The position numbers and the translations under genes were made by a program. DNA of 64,000 bases from Octopus vulgaris (taxonomy: Eukaryota), in assembly GCA_951406725.2 (NCBI GenBank), contig OX597821.1, positions 66,278,001-66,342,000 of the forward strand, given 5' to 3'. Every line of letters starts with the position of its first letter. Positions within the stretch are counted from its first letter, which is position 1. The notes beneath the pieces were generated by a model. It saw only the letters and a program-made list of their open reading frames with translations, did not search any database and was not told where the DNA came from. Positions 1 through 15,153 of the stretch are shown here, one piece after another.

Positions 1-143
1 AGAAGGGAGAGAGGGAGGGAGAAGAAGAGAGAGTGAGTGGGCGAGACAGAGAGAGAGAGAGGGAGGGAAAAGAGAGAGTGGGTAAGAGAGGGAGGGAGAA
101 GAAGAGTGAGCGGGTGGGAGATAGATAGTGATAGAAAGAGACT

Positions 144-184
<41 letters not shown>

Positions 185-731
185 GTGCTGACTTGACACA
201 TGACTGCGAGAATATTGAGTATATTAAGGTTTATGTCAACAGTTAGTATTTTCAGTGGTTCACACTTCAATAAATATGGACATATGTTTTGGCAAGTCTA
301 GAGAAAACATATGTAATAAATTATACCCTTTAAAATATCAATAAATGTAGCATTAGTACATATGTTCTAGAATCGTGTGTCGGCTGGTTAAGTCGTTAAG
401 CACTTTTGTTTCGAGGATTCGTAGTTTCAAGTTCAATGCCTTTATGCGACACCGTCAGTAAATATTTTTTGTTGTAGCTTTTTGGGTCGACTAAATCATT
501 GAGAATGAAATTAGTTGATATAAATTGTGGTAATTTCAGACGGTAGGACCGCTCTTGTTTCACGGTTGTAGACTTTCTAAGTATCGAGTTCAAATTCTAG
601 CGAAATCAACTTTGCCTTCTATTCTTTCGGGGAATGTACAAGCCAAGTACTGGATCGATTTAACCGTCGAGACCCCTGCAGACAATATTCATGACTTCGT
701 GTAAATGTAAGAAAATATTATTATTATTATT

Positions 732-1289
732 GAGTGAGAGAGCAGTGCATGTCATCAAAGTGACACTGGGGTAAAATATATGAAGACCAGTATACACATC
801 ATGACTACCCGTCTGATAAGGGTACACTAGGCACATGCATCACAACCATATGTGCGCGACATGGTGATCTCATATCAAGATAAACAGTACATGACCTTGC
901 AGGTGGGGCCCAGTTAGAATTTTATTCTGGTCGTGTAGCCCATCCCACTCAAAAGGTCCCTGAATAAGTATTGTTTAAGGATGTTGAACGATCCACCCAT
1001 GTTTCCAAAGGTGAATTATTCAAACCCCAAAGAATTCCTTTCAACACACGGCAATGATGCTCCCCCACTACTGCTGCTTGTGATCAGAGATGCACATATC
1101 GTCAGCCTCTAAGGGACATTGTCAACTGGTTAAGGCCAAACAACTGACAAGCAAATCAGTGGTATTGAGCAGAATATTTGCTGTAGCCCATCTTTTATAC
1201 CAAGACAATACAATGTACATGATAACACGTCCAATCAGTTAAGATCAGAAGCCACGAGAGCAACTGCATAGTACTGCACCAGGGCATTT
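732..1289. mobile_element. ~560-bp putative interspersed repeat embedded in an (ATT)n tract
   Basis: Complex, higher-GC block with sharp borders and (TTA)n on both sides. Only one copy here, so family and class are not demonstrable. Confidence 0.4.
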
Positions 1290-1294
1290 TATTA

Positions 1295-1353
<59 letters not shown>

Positions 1354-1357
1354 GATA

Positions 1358-2400
<1,043 letters not shown>

Positions 2401-3389
2401 ATTTCTATACAAGAGTGATGAGGTGGCTGCTGTTTGTGGCATTGTCGTTAATTTTGAATTCAAGGTCAGCCATGACTCAGCGAACGTGAGTCATGGTTTG
2501 AACATCAACGATGTTCAGACATGGCCATCATGACGTTCTTTCGAGTTTGGCGTATCTAGGACTACATTATTTAATGTGTCCCTTGTTTCAAGATGCCAGA
2601 CTGAAATTTTAGTGATAGAAAAAGCTTCTAGCAGATCATATGATCATGTAAAATCTATTGCTTTGGTTCGTCAACGGAAAGAGAGAAACGACAGAACGCT
2701 TCATGAAAAGTTGTTAAATTTTTCGTCATATTACGTTTTGCATTTGAAAATACATTAATTTCTCATCCTCTTTCCACCTTTGTAGTTCTTGGGCTTGCCC
2801 TTCTTACATTCTCGTCAGATCGACGAATCTGTGGTTATTTCAATAAAAAGCGCTATGTATTTGTCCTGGAATCTATGTAGAAGAATACAACATGGATTTG
2901 TGCTACCTTCCTTCGGGTACAAATACTTGCATACATATTACACACACCCACATGTAGTAAAAGAATATGAATAAAATGTAGATGTTCAAATTACGCTACG
3001 CATGTTTCCATGGCATGGCTGCTTATTTGTACATTAATGTATTACGTTATATGATTACTTAACAATACCATTTCGTCGGGTATTTTGAAAGTAAAAATCA
3101 TTTCAACGATGAGAATTCAGTTGCTCGATGAACTGGATACAGACTTCTGAAATGTCGTGTAACTGGGTACGCATTCCACAGACACATGTACCCTTAATGT
3201 AATTCTCGGGCAGAAACAGCACAGCACAAGCTGTAACAAAACTTTATTTTCGAATTCCAAGTACAATCACATCTCTCAAATATCATAATCATTTCTTCTA
3301 TGCTCAGTTGCGTTCAGAAGGTACCGCATGTTTGAGAAGCGAAGATTTTAACTAATTCAGCCATTCTGCATCTACACACACATATATAT

Positions 3390-3580
3390 CCTTTCTACTG
3401 AAATTTTGGGAGATGGGGCTAGTCAATTATCTCGACCCCAGTGTTTCACTCTTACTTAATTTATCAATCCCGAAAGGATGACTGTCAAAGTCGACGGAAT
3501 TTGAACTGAGAACGTAGCGACGGGCGAAATACTGCTAAGCATTTCGTCCAGCGTGCTAACGATTTTGCCAGCTCGCCGCT
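3390..3580 (-). mobile_element. SINE family A copy
   Basis: Reverse complement of the family A head and central domain. Confidence 0.85.
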
Positions 3581-3599
3581 TTTACGCTCGCGCACACAC

Positions 3600-3689
<90 letters not shown>

Positions 3690-3826
3690 ACATATACATC
3701 ATTAAATAAAAACAGGATTTAAATATGAGCTGCCATAGCGTTGATGGTCGGTGAATATAATTAATCAGACGAACTTGTATAACGTACCATATTGATCCTA
3801 CCAATAACGGAACGGTACATGTACCC

Positions 3827-4016
3827 TATTTCTTGATTACCCACAAGGGGCTAAACACAGAGGGGACAAACAAAGACAGACATAGGTATTAAGTCGATTA
3901 CATCGACCCCAGTGCGTAACTGGTACTTAATTTATCGACCCCGAAAGGATGAAAGGCAAAGTCGACCTCGACGGAATTTGAACTCACAAAATAATGACAG
4001 ACGAAATACGGCTACT
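3827..4016 (-). mobile_element. 5'-truncated SINE family A (long-tail variant) with TSD
   Basis: Flanked by ACGGTACATGTACCCT and ACGGTAGATGTACCCT (1 mismatch). Tail CCCCTTGTGGGTAAT..AGAAAT is shared with the copies at 44523, 51585, 57092 and 58285. Confidence 0.85.
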
Positions 4017-6693
4017 ACGGTAGATGTACCCTGTTTCATTGGAGGTGCATGGATTAGTGATTAGGGATGTTGAACTCATGATCGTAAGATTGTAGTTTCG
4101 ATTCCTGGGTCGGGAAATGCGTTCTGTTCTTGAGCAAAACACTTTATTTCACGTTTTCTCCATTTCAATCAAATCGCAAAAATGAGTAAACATGCGACGG
4201 ACAGAAGTCCCACCCAGGAGGGGTTTAAATGCCACAGAAACGGAGAAATCAGCCTTATGAGTTTAAATGATTCAAGAAGTAACACAAACAAATTCTCATC
4301 GGCTTTAAGTAATTCTGAATAAGAGAAGAAACAGAATCGATTCCATTAATTTATTAGTATTTTATCCATCGATACCAAAGCAATAAAATGCAAAGTCGGC
4401 TTCAGCGAGATTTGAACCAGCAATGGCATGCTAGGACAAATATCGAAAGCTAGCCATCCTATCTGCCGCTCTAACGACTCTACAAATTTGTTGCCATTTT
4501 TAAAAGCGTCAACACCACACTCTATATAATGCGCTTCCTTTCCTTTGTAGTAACTCATGCGTTTATTCATTCTAAAAGAATAGTTTAAAAATATATTTTA
4601 ATCTTAAAAAAAATTGAATTTGAACTTTAAACCCTACAAAAATACGGCGATCAAGAATAGATTTCGAAACAATAGTCTATATATATACATACAGAAGGAA
4701 AATAAAATTTATATCTAGGCAATAATAACTCTAGTTCTATTGACAATATATATGTTTAGCAGTCGTAATGTAGATATGTTTGTCTAGAGGCGTAGACAAA
4801 CTATGACATTCATTAGATAAAAGAAGTACCATGTGTCAGAGGGAAAAAAAATCTAGGAAAAATATGAGAAAGAAAAATAAGGAAACGAAAACAAACTGGC
4901 AGAACGTAGAGATATATGTATAGATTCTATAACCATACGTTAACGCTTACACACTCACATGTACGAACACACGCATGATTTAATGTGTGTGACTCTCTCC
5001 TTCTCTCTCTCTCTCTCTCTCTCTCTCCCCACATACACAGATAAGTATATACACACATACATATATGTATTGATACATATATATGTATTACGATATATCA
5101 ATAAGTATATCAATGCTTATACATATGTACATTCATATGTGTATATACACATATAGGTAAATATATATATAGATGCATACGCGCATATACCATATACACA
5201 CATATATACATATATTTGTGTGTGAGTGTGTGTGAATATATATAGATATGTATATGTATATGCGTATATTTATGTGCATGTATTGTATATACATACGTAC
5301 ACATTATATATATATATAATATGTATGTATATATATATGTATATATACATATGTATGTATATATATGTACATAATACACATGAATGTATGTATATAATAT
5401 ACAAGTAGGTATGTATATAATATACATGTATGTGTGAATATATATACATGTATGTGTGTATATATATAATGTATGTATATATATAATGTATGTATATATA
5501 TAATATACATGTATGTATGTATATATATATAAACATATGTGTATGTATATAATATACATGTATGAATATATATATATATATTTATACACGCCTTTATGCA
5601 CACACTTATGAATATATAGTTACTGAAATATTATGTTAAGGTGATGACTCGAAAATAGAATTGAATTATAACAACAATCAATTTAAAAAGTCATTGCTGA
5701 TAACGAAAATTATTCCCAAAAGGAACGTGGGAGGGAATCCCTTAAATATACAAGTGATCAAAAAATTAAATGAACGTATGTTACTGGTCAAATACATCTG
5801 ATTCTTGGCAGGTCTTTTGACAAGTCTGTGCATGTTCGGGTCTAATTAAGTCTTTTCAGCAAAATGTGGTTCAATCATTGATACCATTGAAATAACTTTA
5901 AACTAGGTGAAGATACGCTTTCTAAGAAATAGGCCTATGATCGAAATTCTCTGAAGGAAAGGAAACATAAAATTCATACATTTCACTATTTCAATTTTAT
6001 CTCAGTTGATTATATCGTATTATGAGGTTTTTAGAAATCGCGCTGAAATGACTTCCAAACTGCACATTTAGAAATATGTTTTGATATAAAAACGTGAAGA
6101 ATACATTAGATAATGTTACCCACTTGAAAATTTTGTCTGATAAAAAACGTATAGGCTGGCAGGCCATTATAGGAACAGTTTTCTGGACAAGCTCTGACTC
6201 CCCCGTAAACAAACTTTATCAAATGTCAAAAAGGAAAATAGGAAGATATACGAACCTGGGAATAGATACTTATACTTTCACAAACAGTAACGCATGCGCA
6301 CACAGACAAATATCAACACAGACATATATATACACGAAATGATAGATACATATAAAGAGGGGGAGCGAGAGAGGGAGGGAGAGAGAGAGAGAGAGAAGTT
6401 AGAAGACAAAGAAAGACAGAGAGGCCCAAATAAACACAGACATGCAAACACATAACACACATACATGCGAACACACATGCACACACACATATATATATGT
6501 ATGTATGCATGTATGTATGTATGAATGTATGTATGTGTATATATATTAGTGCGCGCGCGAGTCTCTATTTTCCTAGGTTCAGACCGTTTTGATTGTAAAG
6601 TTTGTGACTGAGGTCTGTCTTGTTCCGTTAGAATTTCTTACAAAAGAAAGTCTTTGATGCTATTGCTTATTCTTCACCTAGATATGTCGTCTA

Positions 6694-6760
<67 letters not shown>

Positions 6761-6906
6761 CACTACACACACACACACACACACTCACAAACACAGACAC
6801 TAACAGTGTTGCATATAATTACATGTTTAAACGTCTGTCTATATAAATATATATGTCACACTCTCTCCCTCTTTGTACGTATATATACACACACATACAT
6901 GCATAA

Positions 6907-6990
<84 letters not shown>

Positions 6991-7118
6991 GTTCATAAAC
7001 TCACACGCACACACATATTTGTATACATGTATATGATGTCTATATGTTACATGCGTTTTCAATTTTATTCGTAGATATGGATGCATACAGCCATGCATAT
7101 ACACACACTCACGCTTTG

Positions 7119-7160
<42 letters not shown>

Positions 7161-8297
7161 CGAAAGAGATAGAGAGGGAGAGAGAGAGTGGCAAAGAATG
7201 ATATATAAATAGACAGATATAAACACATAGACAGCACCCCAAAACATACATTAATTATCTATCCAGTTTCGTCGTGTTGTGATGACGATTCAAAGACAAA
7301 AGACAAAACACACACAAAAAAACAACAACAACAACAAGAGCAAAAAAAACAAGACAAAGAAATATAATAAAATATAATAAAATAAGAGATATAAATAACT
7401 AAATTACTAAATAAATAGATAGGTAAATAAATAAATAAATAAAAGCGAATGCAAAATGAACGACAAACAAAAATGAAAGTCTAAAAGAACGTAACAACAA
7501 CATCAACAACAACGCCAACATCTGCATCTGAAACGACAACAACAACAGCATCGATATAACGTTTGCTGCTTCTAGATTTAAAGAACCAATAACCAGTTGA
7601 CGAATCACCAAACCTATTCTTCAGAAGTTGCAATAACAATAGGATTTTTTTTTTTTCGCAATGGTTTCTTGTATAAAAGTTACATTTTCATTTGGTTTAC
7701 TCTATAATTTCTTCTATTTAAAGCGTTAAGCTAGAAAATACAAAAGAAAGAAAGAATATATGACAGGAATTGAAGTATACCAAAATTTTCTGTCTCTTTT
7801 TACACTTTCTTTTGATTCTTTGATTCTGTGATTCTGTGATTCTTTGTTCTTCAACATTCATTGCATTATCTGATATCTAAACATATATAGCATCGCTAGT
7901 TTACAGAAGTAAGTCTTGTTTATTCTTGAACTAGCACTAGTTCAATATTCTATGTTTGTTGTTGTTGTTGTTGTTGTTGTAGCTAGTGGTGGTGGTGTTG
8001 TCGGTGGATGTAGAGGTGTTAGTAGTAGTCGTGGTTGTCGTGGTCTGGTCGTCATAATATCATGTTTTCCAAGTAATTATTACGTATGAACATCTTCGTG
8101 TGAGTGAGAGTATGTAGGTGCATGCGTATATGCGTGTATATACCTGCATTTATTTATTCTTGTGTATAATACACATGCATTTATATACATTCCCTCACGC
8201 ATATGCGCTTGTAAACAGCCACCCACACATAAATACATTTATGAATCTACATATATACTTACATATATTCACACTCCCATAGATACACACATGTATG

Positions 8298-8379
<82 letters not shown>

Positions 8380-8380
8380 C

Positions 8381-8415
<35 letters not shown>

Positions 8416-8427
8416 CATATATATATG

Positions 8428-8470
<43 letters not shown>

Positions 8471-8479
8471 GTTTATATT

Positions 8480-8695
8480 TACTCTTTACTTTTTTACTTG
8501 TTTCAGTCATTTGACTGCGGCCATGCTGGAGCACCGCCTTTAGTCGAGAAAATCGACCCCGGGACCTATTCTTTGTAAGCCCAGTACTTATTCTATCGGT
8601 CTCTTTTGCCGAACCGCTAAGTGACGGGGACGTAAACACACCAGCATCGGTTGTCAAGCAATGCTAGGGGGACAAACACAGATATACAAACACAG

Positions 8696-8765
<70 letters not shown>

Positions 8766-8920
8766 GACAGGCTTCTTTCAGTTTCAGTCTACCAAATCCA
8801 CTCACAAGGCATTGCTCGGCCCGGGGCCATAGCAGAAGACACTTGCCGAAGATGCCACGCAGTGGGACTGAACCCGGAACCATGTGGTTGGTTAGCAAGT
8901 TACTTACCACACAGCCACTT
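8480..8920 (-). mobile_element. Full-length SINE family B with internal (CA)/(TA) microsatellite
   Basis: Minus strand reads GTGGCTGTGTGGTAAG (A box), GGTTCAGTCCC (B box), a CORE-like GGCA(C/T)CTT(G/C)GGCAAGTG segment and a GAAACAAGTAAAA tail. Confidence 0.9.
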
Positions 8921-9345
8921 CATTCTTTTACTTGTTTCAGTCATTAGACTGCGGCCATGCTGGGGCACCGCCTTGAGCTTTTAGTCGAATGAACTGTTAG
9001 TCGAAGGAATCGACTCCAGTGCTAATATATTCTATCGGTGTCGTCTGTCGAACTGCTACGTTACGGGAACGCGAACACTGCAGCACCAGTTGTGAAGTGG
9101 TGGTGGTGTCGGCGACAAACACAGACACACACACAGACACAGAAACACTCACACCCGCACACACGCACTCACGCTTTTATACACAGACACTCACACACAA
9201 AGACGCACAAACAAACATACAAAGAGACACACACACATACACACACACGCACACACACAAACAGACACACACACATATATATATGTATATATATATATAT
9301 ATATGTATGTATATACATATATATGTATATATATGTATGCATATA

Positions 9346-9400
<55 letters not shown>

Positions 9401-9522
9401 GTATATATATATATGGATATATATACATGTGTATATATAAACACATATATGTATATATTTACAAGTATTTATAAATATATACATTTATATATATATAAAT
9501 GTATATATACATATATTCTTAA

Positions 9523-9592
<70 letters not shown>

Positions 9593-9596
<4 letters not shown>

Positions 9597-9965
9597 GAAG
9601 GTTTGAAAATGCAATTTTAAAAGATGATTATTTACTTGACCGGTTTCACTTTTTTAGAAAAAAGATTGTCAAAAGTAACATGTAAAAGCTTTGTTGTGTT
9701 AGGTACTGGTTGTCACAAAATATTACAATATATACATATATTCTTTGATAATAATAAGAACATGTTAAAAACAGTTTACAAGGGAAAATCTTGGGAAAAT
9801 GTAAAAAAATTTAGCAAGTTCATTGAAATATTGGTCACAAAAGATTACAATATATATATACATTCTTACGAAAATGTTAAAAACACTTTACAGAAAGAAT
9901 TATTAAAAAGTTCAGAGGAAAATTATAAGTTCAATAAGGTTACATTTTAGTAGTATATAAATGTA
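9593..9965 (-). mobile_element. AT-rich Penelope-type 3' end carrying a hammerhead motif
   Basis: Hammerhead lies ~40 nt from an end abutting (TA)n, the same layout as the GIY-YIG-bearing copies at 14221 and 20029. Confidence 0.55.
9632..9678 (-). ncRNA. Minimal type-I hammerhead ribozyme, U3-A8 core variant, GUC site
   Basis: Minus strand: UUACUU-UUGACAA-U-CUUUUUU cu AAAAAAG-U-GAAA-CCGG-U-C-AAGUAA. Stem I is 6 bp, stem II is an A-U-rich hairpin, stem III is the palindrome ACCGGU. Confidence 0.7.
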
Positions 9966-10126
9966 CAATGTGGGTCACCGCCTTGAAATTTCAGTCGACT
10001 CCAGTGCTTATATATTCTATCGGTGTCGTTTGCCGAACTGCTACGTTACGGGAACGCGAACACTGCAGCACCGGTTGTGAAGCAGTGGTGGTGGCGGCGA
10101 CAAACACAGACACACACAGACACCGT

Positions 10127-10813
10127 GTGATCGATAAAATGACAGCGTTTCGACAAACATGATCGAATTAGCGGTTCGCCAAACGATATCGATAAAATGA
10201 CCTGGCGGTTCGGCAAACGGGTTCGATAAAATGACTTAGCGATCCGATAAACGTGATCGATAAAATGACATAGCGAGCCGACAAACGTGATCCATAAAAT
10301 GACTTAGCGAGTCGACAAACGTGATCGATAAAATGACTTAGCGTTTCGCCAACCATGATCGATAAAATGACTTAGCGGTTCGACAAACGAGATCGATAAA
10401 ATGACCTAGCGGTTCACCAAACGAGTTCGATAAATTGACTTATCGGTTCGCTAAATGAGATCGATAAATTGAATTAGCGGTTCGCCAAAAATGATCGATA
10501 AAATGTCTTAGCGTTTCGCCAAAAGTGATCGATAAAATGACTAAGCGCTTCGCCAAACATGATCGATGAATTGATGTAGTGGTTCGCCAAACTAGACCGA
10601 CAAAATGGCTTAGCGTGTCGACAAACAAGATCGATGAAATGACTTAGCGTGTCGCCAAACATGATCAATAAAATGACTTAGTGTGTCGCCAAACATGATC
10701 GATAAAATGACGTAGCGGTTCGACAAACAAGATCCGTAAAATGACCTAGCGGTCGACAAACGAGATTAATAAAATGACTTAGCGGTTCGCCAAACGAGAT
10801 CGATAAAATGACT
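10127..10813. repeat. 34-bp minisatellite, ~20 diverged units
   Basis: Consensus GATCGATAAAATGACTTAGCGGTTCGCCAAACGA repeated head-to-tail with no spacers. Confidence 0.92.
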
Positions 10814-10829
10814 AAAAGAAATTACTAAA

Positions 10830-11220
10830 ATTTGGGAGTTAATTAAGGTGTTTTAGAATCCTCATGTAAAGTGGAAAATTTGAGAATATTTCTTGATGCG
10901 TGTCAATTACCCATGGTTGAAATTTCATCAACATCGAAAATTTATGAATTTTCATGTGGGAGTTCTTCCCCCTTTAAACCATCTGAAATTCAAACCAAAC
11001 ATATTGCATTATACCCGCCCTTATGCATTGAAGTTTCAAATATCATAAGGATCCATTCAGTAATTTTGGTCCATGAAATTGTATGAAACACACAGCATTA
11101 CCCTTTTCCCTAGGCTTCGATTTTGTGTTCCAAATTTCATTATGATCGGTGCAGAAGTTTTCGAATGTATAATTAATACACGAACACATAAAAACATTGT
11201 CTTTGATATAATAAATATGA
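10830..11220 (-). mobile_element. Possible non-autonomous Helitron/Helentron-like terminus
   Basis: CCAAATTTCATTATGATCGGTGCAGAAGTTTTCGAATGTATAA followed by ACAC/TA-rich sequence resembles invertebrate non-autonomous Helitron ends. Pattern recognition only. Confidence 0.3.
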
Positions 11221-11232
11221 ATGTACACATAT

Positions 11233-11297
<65 letters not shown>

Positions 11298-11309
11298 TGT
11301 GTATATGTA

Positions 11310-11351
<42 letters not shown>

Positions 11352-11358
<7 letters not shown>

Positions 11359-11628
11359 AAGATAAATTGATAGATACAACTGAGTGGGCAAACAAAAATA
11401 TGAGACACAGCGTAGCGCTTTTTTTATGTTGATAAGCCTGGTACTTATTCTATTAGTTTTTTTCTTGTGAAACCAGTAAGTTATGGGGATGTAAATAAAC
11501 GAATAGCAGTTGTGAAGCAGTGATGAGGGTGAAACACAGAAGCAAAGTCACACACATACACTTAAATATATACATACATATACATACGATTGATTTCTTT
11601 AAGTTTCTGTCTACGAAATCCATATATA

Positions 11629-11664
<36 letters not shown>

Positions 11665-12070
11665 TGTATGTATGTATGTATACACACACTCACACACAAA
11701 GATAAATTGTGTGGGCAAACAAAAATATGAGATACTGCCTAGTGTTCTTTTTTATTTTGATAAGCCTGGTACTTATTCTATCAGTTTCTTCTTGTGAGAC
11801 CAGTAAGTTATGGGATGTAAATAAACGAACAGCAGTTGTGAGGCAGTGATGAGGGAGAAACACAAAGACACACACACAGACTTACATATATACATACATA
11901 TATATACGATTGATTTCTTTAAGTTTCTGCCTACGAAATCCGCGGACAAGGCTTTGGTTGGTCTGAGGCTATAGCAGAAGACACATGCCAAGTCACCACA
12001 CAGTGGGACTGAACCCAGGACCATGTGGTTTGGAACGAAGTTTGTTATTACACAGCCACACCTGCACCTA
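11352..12070 (-). mobile_element. Diverged SINE B, locally tandem-duplicated (~340-bp unit)
   Basis: CACAAAGATAAATTG..GGGCAAACAAAAATATGAGA..TTGATTTCTTTAAGTTTCTG.CTACGAAATCC occurs near 11352 and 11692 with shared private changes. Confidence 0.75.
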
Positions 12071-12551
12071 TGCATGTGTGTGTGTATGTGTGTATGGGTG
12101 TATATATGTGAATATATATGTGTACATATTACTTGTACTATATATATATTTATCTACACATATACATGTATACATATACATCTATATCTATAGAAATAAA
12201 TGTATACATATACAGCTATACACACATAAACACACACACATACATAGGTGCAGATGTGGCTGTGTGGTAACAAACTTCGTTCTAAAACACCTGATCCTGG
12301 GTTTAAATTTAAATTTAAAATAAGGGTGAGTAATAGAATATTAATTTGATTAATATGAATTGAAAACCAGTGGTGTAGCATATAAGACCATAGCGGATCG
12401 TCTTCTAGCAAAATGGATGTCCACCGTTAATGGTTCATCCCTCTTATATAGTTTCAGTATTAAAGTGAAAGTATCTGACATTACAATAGAGATGTTTTTG
12501 TTTCACTTTTAACACGTAATACTGAAATAGTGGAGAAGATATGATATTGCT

Positions 12552-13260
<709 letters not shown>

Positions 13261-14163
13261 TATCTATTTATCTAAATATGCATGCATAAATACATACATA
13301 TATTCAGACATATATGCATGCCTATATTTTTAAATTCACGAATACTTTTTGCCCAAGTCAGTATTCTTTGTCTTTTATACTTAAGAAAATTTGCATTCTC
13401 CTTCTCCATGTTTACCACTTAACTTATTGCAGTTAACATATGCTACATTCCCGCTGACATGTATTAGATTAATAACCATTTATGCCTTATATTAACATGG
13501 ATATATAGAGTACTAACATGTCTGTATGAAGAAACAGATTTTTCATTTGTCAGTATATAAACTATTTTCTGACTTACTTTCACAAACACTCCATGTATCT
13601 TCGTCCCTCTCACTTTCCTCCTCTTACAATCTCTCTACCTTTCTCTATCTTTCTCCCGCCCTTCTCTCTTTATCTGTGTGTGCGTGTGTGTCTGTGTGTC
13701 TGTCTGTCTGTGTTTATAATCAGAGTGAGAATGAAGTAGGCCCTTAGTAGATAGCTTATCCACCTCATTCCCTCTTCGATGATGATGACATAGATCTCTA
13801 CAATATGGATAGCTACCGTTCATTTACAGGAAAATGCACTATCTACGCATCTGTTTCTGAAACAGCTGTAAGAAAACATTTGCACACCTTCCTACTTCTT
13901 TCTTCATAATGTCCGATATTCTTGTAACAACTTAACCCTTATGTTTAAGTATATGAATGTAATAATCTAACCCGATACCAGTTGTTTGCTGGCTTATACT
14001 TTTATTCTTATATATTTATGCCTACTCAATTGACATACTGCTTAAAGCCAATCGTTATCAGGCAGCTTTAACATCCCTGATTTTAGATGGACTTCAAGAA
14101 ACCGAGTGTAAATTGCATTTACCTTCCACCTTACGTCATCAGGCATGTCACCTAAATTCTATG

Positions 14164-14198
<35 letters not shown>

Positions 14199-14220
14199 AT
14201 ATATATAATATATATATATA

Positions 14221-15033
14221 GCAAGGAAAAATTGTAAAAATGCAGAATGCTCGATTGAAAGAACATTTTAATGAAATGAGAAAATGAAAAAATATATAAA
14301 TATATATTTATTCAAACCGGTTTTCGTCATAGTTTGACTTATCAAGAATAGTTAGGTGAAAAAGTTTTTTTAAAAATGAGAAAGGGGAAAAAAAGTTGCA
14401 TTGTTTTTTGCAAAAGAATAATAATAAATATGTATAAAAATTAAAAAATAAGTACTCCGATACATTGTGAGTTCGTTGTGTATCTTGAGTTTAATGATTG
14501 TTCACGAAAAAATTACCTTGAGGTATTAGGATCCAATGGGATTAAAGCCATGTGTTGTTTGGTTTAATTTAGGATGTTGGCAAAACAGGAAGTAGTAGTA
14601 ATTGTGGTTCTTCAGTTCCTGTGTTGTGAATAAGGGGAGACAACTCTTTTGAGTTCTTCAATAAAGGCTGCTGATAAACCCCAAATTATAAAATTGTCAT
14701 TTTAGCTTCATGTGCATTATCTTTTTTATATAATTGTTTGTTAACTTAACTTTCAGATTTTAACACTTTATTTATATTATTTTCTAATTATATAAATTTG
14801 CATAGACAATTACATTTCAGATTGTTATATCATAAATAATAAAGATGATGGTAATAACAACAATAGTAAAAATGATATTTAAAGAATATAAGTTTTAGCT
14901 TGAAGTGATGAATCTATGGTATCCTTATATATTTGTGTGAGTCCATCCATGAAGAGTGAGGTAGAAAAGGGAAGTTTGATCAACGAGGAGTTTGTATATT
15001 TAGTTGTGTTTGGAATTTTTCAATAAAGAGATT

Positions 15034-15036
<3 letters not shown>
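14221..15036 (-). mobile_element. 5'-truncated Penelope-like element (last codons of GIY-YIG plus 3' region with hammerhead)
   Basis: Minus strand from 15036 reads [18 protein letters not shown], matching the E-x-x-x-I-x-x-x-x-P-x-LN end of PLE GIY-YIG domains. Hammerhead at 14309-14350. (TA)n on both sides. Confidence 0.6.
14309..14350 (-). ncRNA. Minimal type-I hammerhead ribozyme, U3-A8 core variant
   Basis: Minus strand: UAUUC-UUGAUAA-GUCA aacua UGAC-GAAA-ACCGGU-U-U-GAAUA. Perfect stems I and II, palindromic stem III. Confidence 0.72.
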
Positions 15037-15102
<66 letters not shown>

Positions 15103-15103
15103 G

Positions 15104-15151
<48 letters not shown>

Positions 15152-15153
<2 letters not shown>

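Noticed and set aside
5780-5940. Possible hAT transposase remnant on the minus strand (..KRPAKNQMYLTSNI..)
   Set aside because: Resemblance is too short and interrupted by stops; no TIRs found.
10127-10813. CRISPR-like array
   Set aside because: Units are contiguous and degenerate with no unique spacers and no cas genes. The context is eukaryotic and the unit derives from a SINE.
13751-13867. Possible internal exon (IAYPPHSLFDDDDIDLYNMDSYRSFTGKCT..) with a GTAAGA donor
   Set aside because: Weak acceptor, no recognisable homology and no partner exons; cannot be supported from sequence alone.
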